From Thermoproteota archaeon (lineage in GTDB: Archaea > Thermoproteota > Thermoprotei > Gearchaeales > Gearchaeaceae), in contig JAVVGF010000001.1 of the NCBI GenBank assembly GCA_032249235.1, positions 434,895 through 498,894 on the forward strand: a stretch of DNA of 64,000 bases. Reading direction: 5' to 3'. The notes under the pieces are model-generated. The model was not told the DNA's origin. It did no database searches and saw nothing but the letters and a program-made list of their open reading frames with translations. The translations under genes were made by a program, and so were the position numbers. Below, piece after piece: positions 20,843 through 30,429 of this stretch. Position 1 is the stretch's first letter, and the number at the start of each line of letters is the position of its first letter.

Positions 20843-22564
20843 TTGTTTATTCAAATATTTTTAATAGAATTGAGCACATATATTAAAGAAATAATATTGG
20901 AAAATTTTCTTTCGCATCGCTATTCAAGAATACCTCTTAGTAAAGGTGTAAATTTGATAACAGGGCCCAATGGTAGTGGAAAATCGAGCATATTACTTGG
21001 CATATCTGTTGCACTAGGCCAAACTTATACTGAAAGATCAAGAAAACTTTCAGATCTGATTTATTTTGGCGAAGAAGTAGCAAGAGTAAGTTTGATAATG
21101 GATAATACACCTAAGGATGGTAAGAGACCGTTTCCTTCATCAAGCCTTAATCAAGTTTTGGTAACACGAATAATTAGAAAAGACGGGACTTACTGGTTTG
21201 AGTTTAATCAAGAAATAATTGAGAAGTATCAGTTGCAAAGAATGCTGAAAAGATTAGGAGTAAATCCTGATAATGAAATGATAATAATGCATCAGCATAT
21301 GATTGAGGAGTTCATTGCTAAGGATCCTATTGAGAGATTAAGATTATTTGAAGAAGCACTAGGCATTGGAGATTATAGAAAACATGTATTAAATTCTTTA
21401 TCGAAATTAGAAGAAATAGAAAAAGGTGCAAAGAGTATACATCAATCTCTACAAAGTGCAGAAGTTAATTTGAAATATTGGAAGAATTTATATCAAAAAT
21501 ATGAGAGAAAAATTAAATTAATTGAACAAATATCACGATTAAAAAATGAACTTTTCTGGTCAAAATATAATGAGATTAAAAATAAACTTCAGAAAATAAA
21601 ATATGAAATAGATTTAAAAACAAACGAAAAAAATAAGATTGAAAGCTATGTATATGAATTAAAAGTTAAGATAAAAAATTTTTCAGACTATTTAAAAAAT
21701 AAACTTAAAAGCAACTATATCCTTGATGAATTATTGCTTGATATTGAGAAATATTCTGACATGAAAGCAAATCTTGCAATTAACTTATTTAAGATACAGC
21801 TTCTGGAAGAAGAAGTAAATTCTAGGCTACCTATACTAAAGGAGTTAGAAGAAGAATTTGCAAAGATAGAAAAAAAGAAGAAAGGAGAATATGTAGAAAC
21901 TAAAAAGAGTTCTCAAGAAATAGAAGAAGAAATAAGGGATCTTCAAGCTGAATTGAAAACATTGGAAGACATAAGTGAAGAAGTGCCTTTGAGATATAAA
22001 GAATATTTACAAATATACGAGGATACTAAGAACAAATCTAAAGAAATTGAGGAGAATAAAGAAAAAACAAAGGAGGAGCTTAAAGTACGCACAGAAACTT
22101 GGAGAAAAATCATTACAGAAAGTGTGAGTAAAGTCAATGAAATCTTTCAAAATATACTTTCTAAGGTTGATGGCATAGGTTATTTATCATTAAGCAACTT
22201 AGAAGATATCAATAAATCTTCTTTAGATATTAGCGTGGGATTTAAAGGAACTTCGCCAGTTACGCTAAGCAGCTTATTGCAAAGCGGAGGAGAGAAAACA
22301 GTAGCTGTGATGGCTTTCTTACTTGCATGTCAGCAATACATGAAATCAAGCATAAGGGCAGTAGATGAGTTCGATGTTCATATGGATCCCTTAAATAAAG
22401 AGAGAATATCCATTTTGCTTTCTTCCTTACCTAAAGATAATCCTGAAGTACAATACATATTCATAACTCCTGATCCTATGATAAAGTATTTTAAAGATTC
22501 AAATATCATAATTGTTACAAAACAAGAAGGTTCAAGCAATATAAGCAGAGTTATTCAAGATTGA
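20843..22564 (+). CDS. Short SMC-like ATPase (Smc5/6-related, coalescin/ClsN-like)
   Basis: LENFLSH, Walker A GPNGSGKS, Q-loop MHQ, long coiled coil, QSGGEK signature, AVDEFDVHMD Walker B/D-loop, QYIFITP; start may be TTG 20870. Confidence 0.88.
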   Translation: MFIQIFLIELSTYIKEIILENFLSHRYSRIPLSKGVNLITGPNGSGKSSILLGISVALGQTYTERSRKLSDLIYFGEEVARVSLIMDNTPKDGKRPFPSSSLNQVLVTRIIRKDGTYWFEFNQEIIEKYQLQRMLKRLGVNPDNEMIIMHQHMIEEFIAKDPIERLRLFEEALGIGDYRKHVLNSLSKLEEIEKGAKSIHQSLQSAEVNLKYWKNLYQKYERKIKLIEQISRLKNELFWSKYNEIKNKLQKIKYEIDLKTNEKNKIESYVYELKVKIKNFSDYLKNKLKSNYILDELLLDIEKYSDMKANLAINLFKIQLLEEEVNSRLPILKELEEEFAKIEKKKKGEYVETKKSSQEIEEEIRDLQAELKTLEDISEEVPLRYKEYLQIYEDTKNKSKEIEENKEKTKEELKVRTETWRKIITESVSKVNEIFQNILSKVDGIGYLSLSNLEDINKSSLDISVGFKGTSPVTLSSLLQSGGEKTVAVMAFLLACQQYMKSSIRAVDEFDVHMDPLNKERISILLSSLPKDNPEVQYIFITPDPMIKYFKDSNIIIVTKQEGSSNISRVIQD

Positions 22565-23430
22565 AATGATCTCATTATATCTCTGAATTTCTTCATTCTT
22601 TCAATATAATTATCTATTTTCACAGAACCGAAGTATGCAATTATATGATCGACATTAAGCCTGTAGTATTTTTCCAAATCCTCTGTGATATCCCTTATTG
22701 AACCGCTTAGATAGTAACTTTGATCAGTCTTGACTATTCTCAAACCATGCGTTACTTCAGGTAAAATACCTATTCTTAAGAACACCATTTTTCTTGTATC
22801 GCTTACTTTTCTTAATAATGATATCTTTTTCTCTAATATTGAGGGAGAAAGAGCTACAGGATTCCATCCGTCTCCTAATTTAACTGCTCTTATAATTGCT
22901 CTTTTCGAATTACCGCCTATAAGTATTCTAGGTCCCCCTTTTTGCAAGGGTTTGGGTTCGAAATAATACTCGATTTCTTTTTCATTCTTTTGTTTTATTG
23001 TTCCTTCACTCCATAACTTCTTCATAAAAATTATATATTCATCCATTTTCTTGCCTCTTTCTTTAAAGTCTTTTTTTAAAAAGTCAAATTCTTCTTTAAG
23101 CCACCCAGCACCTAAGCCAACGATAAGCCTTCCATTGCTTAATTGATCAAGCGTTGCAAGTTGCTTTGCTACCAAAACAGGTTCTCTCAAAGGAAGAACA
23201 AGGATTGAAGTACCTAATTTCAGATTTTCTGTTTTGGCTGCTAAATAAGATAGTGTAATAAGTGATTCATAAATGTATCCATATGTTTTACCTTGGTAAA
23301 CTGGAGTTATTATATGGTCAGAAACCCAAATTGAATCGTATTCAAGTTTTTCTGCTTCTTCTGCTATTTTATTGATTGATTCTTTATTTGCATATTCATC
23401 ATGATGAAGTGATGCTACACCGAATTTCAC
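22555..23430 (-). CDS. LLM-class (luciferase-like), probably F420-dependent oxidoreductase
   Basis: AEKLEYDSIWVSDH, LGTSILVLPLREP, AKQLATLDQLSNGRLIVGLGAGW, PKPLQ. Confidence 0.88.
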   Translation of the reverse strand: MKFGVASLHHDEYANKESINKIAEEAEKLEYDSIWVSDHIITPVYQGKTYGYIYESLITLSYLAAKTENLKLGTSILVLPLREPVLVAKQLATLDQLSNGRLIVGLGAGWLKEEFDFLKKDFKERGKKMDEYIIFMKKLWSEGTIKQKNEKEIEYYFEPKPLQKGGPRILIGGNSKRAIIRAVKLGDGWNPVALSPSILEKKISLLRKVSDTRKMVFLRIGILPEVTHGLRIVKTDQSYYLSGSIRDITEDLEKYYRLNVDHIIAYFGSVKIDNYIERMKKFRDIMRSFQS

Positions 23431-23506
23431 AACTTAAAACATTAGCTTATTAAAAATAAATCTTAAATGGAAAAATTTTTTAAGTAGTATAAGTAATGTA
23501 GGCAAA

Positions 23507-23704
23507 ATGAGAAGAGTTTGTCCTAGTTGCAGGAGAAGATTAAAAGCGAGTTATTATCAAATACATATTGCGGCTTGTAGAACACCTCCGCCTGCTCATA
23601 TAATGATAAGTAGCAAAGGTCCTAGAACGTTTATATGCAGGAAATGCGGTGCTAGAATTCAAGGAAGAAAGAACTATAGAAGGCATATGAAAGAAGCTCA
23701 TTAG
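23507..23704 (+). CDS. Small basic protein with two zinc fingers (C2HC and C2H2)
   Basis: CPSC-x11-HIAAC and FICRKC-x12-HMKEAH; fills the intergenic gap; TATA-like TTTTAAG upstream. Confidence 0.75.
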   Translation: MRRVCPSCRRRLKASYYQIHIAACRTPPPAHIMISSKGPRTFICRKCGARIQGRKNYRRHMKEAH

Positions 23705-23705
23705 C

Positions 23706-24854
23706 TTATTTTGATCTTGCAAATTGCAAAAGTAGTAGTGAACTTAGTAAATAAATTGATAATAAAAGAAAAATGATGTGATCTGTTTCGAAAGTAGCTA
23801 ATAAAAAGCCTCCTAAATTCGGTCCAATAAAGAAACTCAAATCTACGAATGTTCTGAAAATACCTAATGAAATAGGCAGATTTTCTTTTGTAGACAAGTC
23901 GATGATATATGCACTAACTGGTCCTGAAATACCTGTAGAAATTGCTAAACAAACAAGAATTATAATGAATTGATTAAAATCATGAACAAAATATAAAGCG
24001 AATAAAGAAAGAGATGAACCAATTAAGCATACTGATAATGTAAATTTTCTTCCTAATTTATCACTTAATCTTCCTGCTACAAAATTAGGTATTGTTGTTG
24101 CAAACCAAAATGAGGAAATTATTAAACCAATAGATCCTTCTTTTAAGTTATAAGTTTCAGATAATAAAAGAGGAAGTATAATATTTGTTAATGCCACTCT
24201 TACTATGAAAAAGCTTGAAATTACATAGCTTACAATTAATATTGATCTGTCCTTTAACGTTTTCAAAAAAATTTCCTTAGAAAAATTCCTTGAAGTATTT
24301 TCATATTTTATTTTCTTCAAAGCAAAAAATAAGATAGAGCTTGAAGCGCTAACTAATAGAGCATAAACAAAGAAAACCATCCTTGCCCCGAAATGTTCTG
24401 CGATGTAACCACCTGGAAGAGGCCCTATCGCTGCACCTAGCAATAAAGATGCGGTGTATATGCCCATCGTTCCTCCTCTTTCTTCTTTAGATGAAAATTC
24501 TGCAAGTATTCTTAATGCAGATATTACGTACAATATGATTCCTATTCCTTCAATAATTTTACCAATTCCAACCTCAATAGGTGTGAAGGAAAATCCCATG
24601 ATTATTGCAGCTACAATAACTAGCATCAATCCTATAAGAGCAGAAAAAAATGGGTTTTTGTTTACGAGAAAAAAGCTTAAGGGTAGATTTAAAGGCGCTC
24701 TTATTAATCCATATAAGGAGATGACTATTCCTATAAGAATGCTACTTGCATCTAAATAAGATAAGAAAATAGGTAATATAGGTGTAGTCATCGAAGAACC
24801 GATCATTAAAAGGAAAATTACTGATGAAAGCAATGATATTACTCTTCTATTCAT
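23706..24854 (-). CDS. MFS transporter
   Basis: About 12 TM helices; GRLSDKLGRK motif A. Confidence 0.9.
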   Translation of the reverse strand: MNRRVISLLSSVIFLLMIGSSMTTPILPIFLSYLDASSILIGIVISLYGLIRAPLNLPLSFFLVNKNPFFSALIGLMLVIVAAIIMGFSFTPIEVGIGKIIEGIGIILYVISALRILAEFSSKEERGGTMGIYTASLLLGAAIGPLPGGYIAEHFGARMVFFVYALLVSASSSILFFALKKIKYENTSRNFSKEIFLKTLKDRSILIVSYVISSFFIVRVALTNIILPLLLSETYNLKEGSIGLIISSFWFATTIPNFVAGRLSDKLGRKFTLSVCLIGSSLSLFALYFVHDFNQFIIILVCLAISTGISGPVSAYIIDLSTKENLPISLGIFRTFVDLSFFIGPNLGGFLLATFETDHIIFLLLSIYLLSSLLLLQFARSK

Positions 24855-24890
24855 CGAATAATTTTTTTTATTCGAGATAGTAAATAAACT

Positions 24891-25334
24891 TTAACCTTTC
24901 AGCTTGGAAGCTGCAATCCATGAATATAATCCTGAAGAAAAACCTAAGCCTATGAAAAAAGCTACATAATAAATTTCATAAAGTATTGCTAAGTCTAAGC
25001 CTAATTCAGGCGAAGATTGAAGTTCTAGCCATATACTTGCAGATATTAAGAAAATGAAAATAACAGACAATATTAAATTTATAATTCCTAAATTGTTCAA
25101 TTCACTTATTGCTTTATTATAATTCTTTTCTTTTAATGAAAAATATATATTTCTTAGTAAATATATTTGGAATAATGCTACAATAAGCATTGCTACACTG
25201 ACTGGGCTTATTTGCAGATTAACAATGGAAGATAGCCCAAAAGTAAACATGGCAAGAGCGAAGAAGGAAGCCAATGAAAAGGAAATAAAGATTTCTTTCG
25301 GTATTTCTTCCATACAAGCTTTTTTAATATTCAA
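24891..25334 (-). CDS. Hypothetical 4-TM membrane protein
   Basis: Four hydrophobic segments; likely start ATG 25313. Confidence 0.6.
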   Translation of the reverse strand: MNIKKACMEEIPKEIFISFSLASFFALAMFTFGLSSIVNLQISPVSVAMLIVALFQIYLLRNIYFSLKEKNYNKAISELNNLGIINLILSVIFIFLISASIWLELQSSPELGLDLAILYEIYYVAFFIGLGFSSGLYSWIAASKLKG

Positions 25335-25349
25335 TACTTATAAGATTTA

Positions 25350-26660
25350 ATGAATGTTTTCGAGGCGTATAGAAATAAAACTATTAATTCATCTAAACTT
25401 TATGAGAGAGCTAAAAAATTCTTCATAAATGGCGTAAGCCATGACATAAGATATTATGAACCTTATCCGATTTTCTTGAAAAGAGGTAAGGGTTCTAGAG
25501 TATGGGATGCTGATGGCAACGAATATATTGATTTCTGGTTAGGACATGCTAGTTTAATCCTAGGTCACTCGCCTGAATTTGTCATAGAGGAAATAAGAGA
25601 GCTAATAAAAAACGGCACTATACTTGGTATGCCTAATGAGTATGCAATTGAACTAGCTGAGTTAATTAATAAATATGTTCCTAATGCTGAGAAAATAAGA
25701 TTTTGCAACTCTGGTTCAGAAGCAACGATGTATGCAATAAGATTAGCTAGAGCCTATACAGGAAAGAAATTTATTTTAAAAACATCAGGAGGTTGGCATG
25801 GATATAATACTAATCTTATCAAAAAAGTATGGAATAAAGAGATTCTTGGCTTAATTGAAGAAGAAACTAAGTATGTAAGCACATTCAAATTTAATGATAT
25901 AGATTCTTTTGAAAGCAAAATAAAAGAAATTAAGAATGACATAGCTGGAGTTATAATTGAACCAGTATTAGGTGCAGGAGGCGTAATACCTGCAGAAAGA
26001 GATTTTCTCAGAATAGTGAGAGAGGAGACAGAAAAATACAATGCAATCTTGATTTTCGATGAAATAATTACGGGCTTTAGATTAGGACTTGGCGGTGCTC
26101 AAGAATTTTATAAAATAAATGCTGATCTCATAACCTTAGGTAAAATAATAGGAGGAGGCTTTCCTATTGGGGCAATAGCAGGTAAGTCAGAAATAATGGA
26201 AATGGCTAATCCTAAAAGAGAGAAATCAGCAAGGATAGGAGGAGGCACTTTTTCTGAAAATCCTGTTTCCATGAGAGCGGGATATTTAACGCTAAAGTAT
26301 TTAATCGAAAATTCTTCAAGCGTTTATAACAAAATAAACAGCTTAGGCGAAATAGCGAGAAAAAGCATCGATAAAATATTTTCAGAAGCTGGGCTTTTAA
26401 CCCAAACAACTGGTATCGGTTCTCTTCTCTTAACACATTTCTTAACTGAAAACGTAGAAGTAATAAAGAGTGCGGAAGATGCCCAACTATGTGATAAAAA
26501 GCTTCAACATCTTTATTATCTTTATTTGATGACTTTTCATAATATTTTCTTTCTTCCAGGTCATGTTGGAACGATTTGTTATGCTCATACTGATTCAGAA
26601 ATACAAAAATTGATTTCTGCTACGCTTGAATTTTCGCTTAATTATAAAAACCTATTATAA
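25350..26660 (+). CDS. Class III aminotransferase, glutamate-1-semialdehyde 2,1-aminomutase-like
   Basis: DADGNEYIDF, NSGSEA, DEIITGFR, TLGKIIGGG, GGTFSENP. Confidence 0.85.
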   Translation: MNVFEAYRNKTINSSKLYERAKKFFINGVSHDIRYYEPYPIFLKRGKGSRVWDADGNEYIDFWLGHASLILGHSPEFVIEEIRELIKNGTILGMPNEYAIELAELINKYVPNAEKIRFCNSGSEATMYAIRLARAYTGKKFILKTSGGWHGYNTNLIKKVWNKEILGLIEEETKYVSTFKFNDIDSFESKIKEIKNDIAGVIIEPVLGAGGVIPAERDFLRIVREETEKYNAILIFDEIITGFRLGLGGAQEFYKINADLITLGKIIGGGFPIGAIAGKSEIMEMANPKREKSARIGGGTFSENPVSMRAGYLTLKYLIENSSSVYNKINSLGEIARKSIDKIFSEAGLLTQTTGIGSLLLTHFLTENVEVIKSAEDAQLCDKKLQHLYYLYLMTFHNIFFLPGHVGTICYAHTDSEIQKLISATLEFSLNYKNLL

Positions 26661-26671
26661 TAATAAATTCA

Positions 26672-28060
26672 ATGGAATTTCAGACTTTTATAGAAAAAGG
26701 TTTGAAACTAGGCGCTGAATTCGTAGAGCTTAGATACATGAAGTCTAAAGATACATCTATTCAATATACTGATGGAACATTGAAGAATTTTTCATCGAAT
26801 AGCGATGAAGGATTAGCTATAAGAATATTTTATAATGGTGCTTGGGGTTTTTCTTCAACATCCTCTTTAGCTTATGAAAGCATTTTGAATGCTATTGAGC
26901 AAGCTTACAAAATAGCTCGAATTTCTTCAAATTATATAAAAGAAAGATATAAAATTAAAGAATCTAAATCTATTAAAGCAAATGTATCAACTAAATTTAA
27001 AATTAATTTTGATGATATATCATATGAGCAAAAGATTAATTTAGTAAAATATTTAGATGATTCAATAAGATCTTTTGATAATAGAATAAAAAGCGATACA
27101 GTAAGATATAACGAAAGTCAAGATGAAATCTTAATTATGAACTCTTTTGGTACTGAAGTATTCAAAAAAGAGATTTATGTGAGCGTTAGCGCGTTGTCGA
27201 TTTCTTTAGAAGCTGGAAAAAGAGGAAGGGGTTATGTAGCAAGAGGAGGAACAGGAGGATATGAGTTGTTGAAGGAATTCAATGTAGAAGAAATAGGAAT
27301 ATTAAGCGCAAAAAAAGCTATTGAACAATTATATGCAACAAGTGCTAAAGCTGGGTCTTATACTTGCATAATGGATCCAATATTAGTTGGCGTATTTGCT
27401 CATGAAGGAATCGGACATCCTTCAGAAGCTGATAGCATTGTAGATAAAAACTCTGTACTAGAGGGAAAATTAGGAGAAAAGATTGCCAGCGAAAATGTCA
27501 CGATTATAGACAATCCGTTGCTTGAAAAATGCTTCGGCTCTTTTGATTACGATGATGAAGGATTTCCTGCAAGGCCAAGATATATCATAAAGAATGGCAT
27601 CCTCAATGAATATCTTCATAACATGGAAACCAGTTCAATCTTAAGACTAGAGAACAATGCAGCAGCTAGAGCTGATTCGTATTTAAATCCTCCATTAGTT
27701 AGAATGAGCAATATTTATTTTGATAAAGGTGATGCAAGTTTTGAAGAAATGCTTGAAGATATAGAACTAGGAATATATGCAAAAGGATTCGAATATGGTT
27801 ACGTGATGCCTAACAATGGTCAGTTCACTTTTAAATGTGAAAGCGGCTATTTAATAGAGAAAGGCAATTTAACAAAACCTCTAAGAGACTTATCGATAAG
27901 CGGAATTATTTTAGAAACATTGAAGAACATCGATCTTGTAGGTAAGGATTTAGAAATAAAAAGTATTGGGCATTGCGGTAAAGATGGTCAGTGGGTAAGA
28001 GTAGGAGATGGCGGTCCGCATTTAAGAGTTAAGGGTGTTGTTGTAGGTGGAGTGGAATGA
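26672..28060 (+). CDS. tldD: TldD metalloprotease subunit
   Basis: HEGIGHPSEAD (HExxxH), YDDEG, RMSN, CGKDGQ...GGPH. Confidence 0.93.
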   Translation: MEFQTFIEKGLKLGAEFVELRYMKSKDTSIQYTDGTLKNFSSNSDEGLAIRIFYNGAWGFSSTSSLAYESILNAIEQAYKIARISSNYIKERYKIKESKSIKANVSTKFKINFDDISYEQKINLVKYLDDSIRSFDNRIKSDTVRYNESQDEILIMNSFGTEVFKKEIYVSVSALSISLEAGKRGRGYVARGGTGGYELLKEFNVEEIGILSAKKAIEQLYATSAKAGSYTCIMDPILVGVFAHEGIGHPSEADSIVDKNSVLEGKLGEKIASENVTIIDNPLLEKCFGSFDYDDEGFPARPRYIIKNGILNEYLHNMETSSILRLENNAAARADSYLNPPLVRMSNIYFDKGDASFEEMLEDIELGIYAKGFEYGYVMPNNGQFTFKCESGYLIEKGNLTKPLRDLSISGIILETLKNIDLVGKDLEIKSIGHCGKDGQWVRVGDGGPHLRVKGVVVGGVE

Positions 28061-29379
28061 GTGAAGAAATTTGTAAAAAAGCTTTAAGAATTGCAGAAGG
28101 TCTAGGTGCTAATCAGGCTGAATGTTTCTATTACAAAGAAAAATCGATAAAAGCAGTGATAAGGAAAGGAGAAATTAAAAGATATGAAAACGTTATAGAT
28201 GAAGGTATTGCAATTAGACTGATAATCAACAAATCTTTAGGATTCTATTATACAACGAATTTGAAGGATATTGAGAAAGCTGTTTTGGAAGCATATAAGT
28301 TAGCGAAAGCGGGCGTCCCTGATCCTAATTTCATATCCTTAGCTTCTAAGAAGCCCTATCCTCATATAAATAATATTTACGATAAAAGAATTGAAGAAAT
28401 TTCTCAAGAAGAAATTTCCGAAATTCTTAAAGAAATAATTAAAAGAGATTATGATAAAAGAATTAAGTCAGTAAATTCAGAGCTCGCCTTGTCAGTTTAT
28501 GAAGAAGCTATAGCAAACTCTTTAGGTATACAAGCTAGTGAAAGAGCTACCATCGCTTCATTTTTCATCGAGCTTTCAGCAAGCGAAGGCGATAAATATA
28601 GCGGCGGTTTTGAAGCTTCAAGTTCTAGATTTCTTAAAGATCTTGAAATTTCTCTTCTAATAGATAAAGCGCATTCTTTTGCAATAAAAGGCTTAAACAA
28701 AAAAATGATAGAGAGTGGTGAATATCCTATATATCTGGATCCATGGGCTTCTTTATATATAATAGCAATAGCTTTGAATAGCGCACTAAATGCAGATATG
28801 GTTCAAAGAAAGAGAAGTTTTTTAAGCGAAGCTCTTAATGAACAAATTGCAAGCGATAATCTTACTGTAATAGATGATGCTTTAATTGAAGGTGCTATTG
28901 GTAGCTTTAGCTTTGATGGTGAAGGCGTGCCATCTCAAAGAAATGTTTTGATAGAAAAAGGAGTGCTGAAAAACTTCATGTATGATGTCTATACTGCGAA
29001 CAAAGAAAATAAGGAAAGTACAGGAAACGCTGTGAGAAATGGATTCAGAAGTTTACCTTCAATAAGCTCAAGAAATCTAGTATTTAGTACAGGAAAAAGA
29101 AAATCAGAAGATATAATTCAAGAAATCAAAAGAGGTATTTATGTCAGGAGTACATTCGATACTCCAAACGTCATAACAGGAGAATTTTCCGGCATGATAA
29201 ATGAGGGCTTTTATATTGAAAATGGCGAAATTAAGCATGCGCTCATACAAACTGGATTAGCAACTTCTTTAAGAGATTTATTCAAGAATGTTGTTGAATT
29301 GAGTAGCGATCCTAGATGGATTTCTAATAACTGTATACCTTACATTTATGTCGAAAAAGCAAAAATAGCTGGTAAATAA
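28057..29379 (+). CDS. pmbA: TldE/PmbA family subunit
   Basis: FDGEG, STGNA, TGEFS; no HExxxH; ATGA overlap with tldD. Confidence 0.9.
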   Translation: MSEEICKKALRIAEGLGANQAECFYYKEKSIKAVIRKGEIKRYENVIDEGIAIRLIINKSLGFYYTTNLKDIEKAVLEAYKLAKAGVPDPNFISLASKKPYPHINNIYDKRIEEISQEEISEILKEIIKRDYDKRIKSVNSELALSVYEEAIANSLGIQASERATIASFFIELSASEGDKYSGGFEASSSRFLKDLEISLLIDKAHSFAIKGLNKKMIESGEYPIYLDPWASLYIIAIALNSALNADMVQRKRSFLSEALNEQIASDNLTVIDDALIEGAIGSFSFDGEGVPSQRNVLIEKGVLKNFMYDVYTANKENKESTGNAVRNGFRSLPSISSRNLVFSTGKRKSEDIIQEIKRGIYVRSTFDTPNVITGEFSGMINEGFYIENGEIKHALIQTGLATSLRDLFKNVVELSSDPRWISNNCIPYIYVEKAKIAGK

Positions 29380-29380
29380 T

Positions 29381-30367
29381 TTAATGAAATATTTTGAATT
29401 CAACGATTAAAATTTGAATCAGAATAGCAACTACATATAAGACGAAAAGGATAAACCCATCTTTTTTGTCTAGTTTTCTATCTACAAAAGTTAACATAGA
29501 TAATGATGTTAAAATTGATGTCATAGCGACGAGTGTAAAAGAAATAGGTTCTGAAGGTATTACAGAATGACCATATGTCAATGCACCGAGTATGAAGAAA
29601 GTTATTAGCAATGTATTGTTCAATATTTTTGAGCCGAAGACATTTCCTATAGATATCTCAACGGATTTTCCTCCCTTTCTTGCAAGAAGCATCATAGAAA
29701 GCTTTTCTGGCATTTCTCCTCCGATAGGAGCAATAATGAGAGCTAGAATGACTGCTGGCACACCTATTTCTATTGAATATTTCTTTAAATTTTCTGTGAA
29801 AGGGCCTGCTCCAACAAATATTCCTAAAGAGCCAAAAATGATGAAAAGGCTATAAAGTAATATTTGTTTTCTAGTTAGTATACCTTCATTTATCGATTCT
29901 GTTCTTTCTTTATGTGACTCTTTGTAGCTTTGGTAAACATAACCGATATACAATCCTGCAAATATGATCGCATCATATATATCATATCCATTCATGAAAG
30001 TTATAACTGCTACAACTGCAGTAAGGAGAAGATAATAAAAATCAAGTTTAAAGAAAGATACATTCAATTCTTTTGCAGGATTGAGACTCAGTTTTGTGGT
30101 AGCGATCAAAACCATTAACGAAAGTCCAAGTGTTATCATTAAGACATTGCTTCCAAATGTAGCCCCTATTCCAACATCTAGTATACCTTTTGAAGCTGCT
30201 ACGAAAACAATTGCAATTTCTGGCAAGGTTGTAGCAATTCCTAATATTGTTCGGCCCATAAATCTTCTTCCTATTTTAAATCCTAGTCTATCAGCACCTT
30301 CAGCAAGAAAGTAGCTTGAAACAATGATAATAAAAAGCCAAAAAAGTAAAGTAATGAGAGTATTCAT
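29381..30367 (-). CDS. Na+/Ca2+ exchanger (CaCA family) membrane protein
   Basis: ATTLPE...GSN alpha-1 repeat and GEMPE...GNVFGS alpha-2 repeat. Confidence 0.85.
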   Translation of the reverse strand: MNTLITLLFWLFIIIVSSYFLAEGADRLGFKIGRRFMGRTILGIATTLPEIAIVFVAASKGILDVGIGATFGSNVLMITLGLSLMVLIATTKLSLNPAKELNVSFFKLDFYYLLLTAVVAVITFMNGYDIYDAIIFAGLYIGYVYQSYKESHKERTESINEGILTRKQILLYSLFIIFGSLGIFVGAGPFTENLKKYSIEIGVPAVILALIIAPIGGEMPEKLSMMLLARKGGKSVEISIGNVFGSKILNNTLLITFFILGALTYGHSVIPSEPISFTLVAMTSILTSLSMLTFVDRKLDKKDGFILFVLYVVAILIQILIVEFKIFH

Positions 30368-30429
30368 TAAGCAATACTTTCATCAAAATTATTTAAATCT
30401 ATTAAAAATTTTAGAAATAAAAGCGAAGC

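Noticed and set aside
20843-22564. Calling the SMC-like ATPase Rad50 or a Wadjet JetC defence protein
   Set aside because: No CxxC zinc hook, no adjacent mre11/nurA/herA or jetABD genes, and the motifs are Smc5/6-like.
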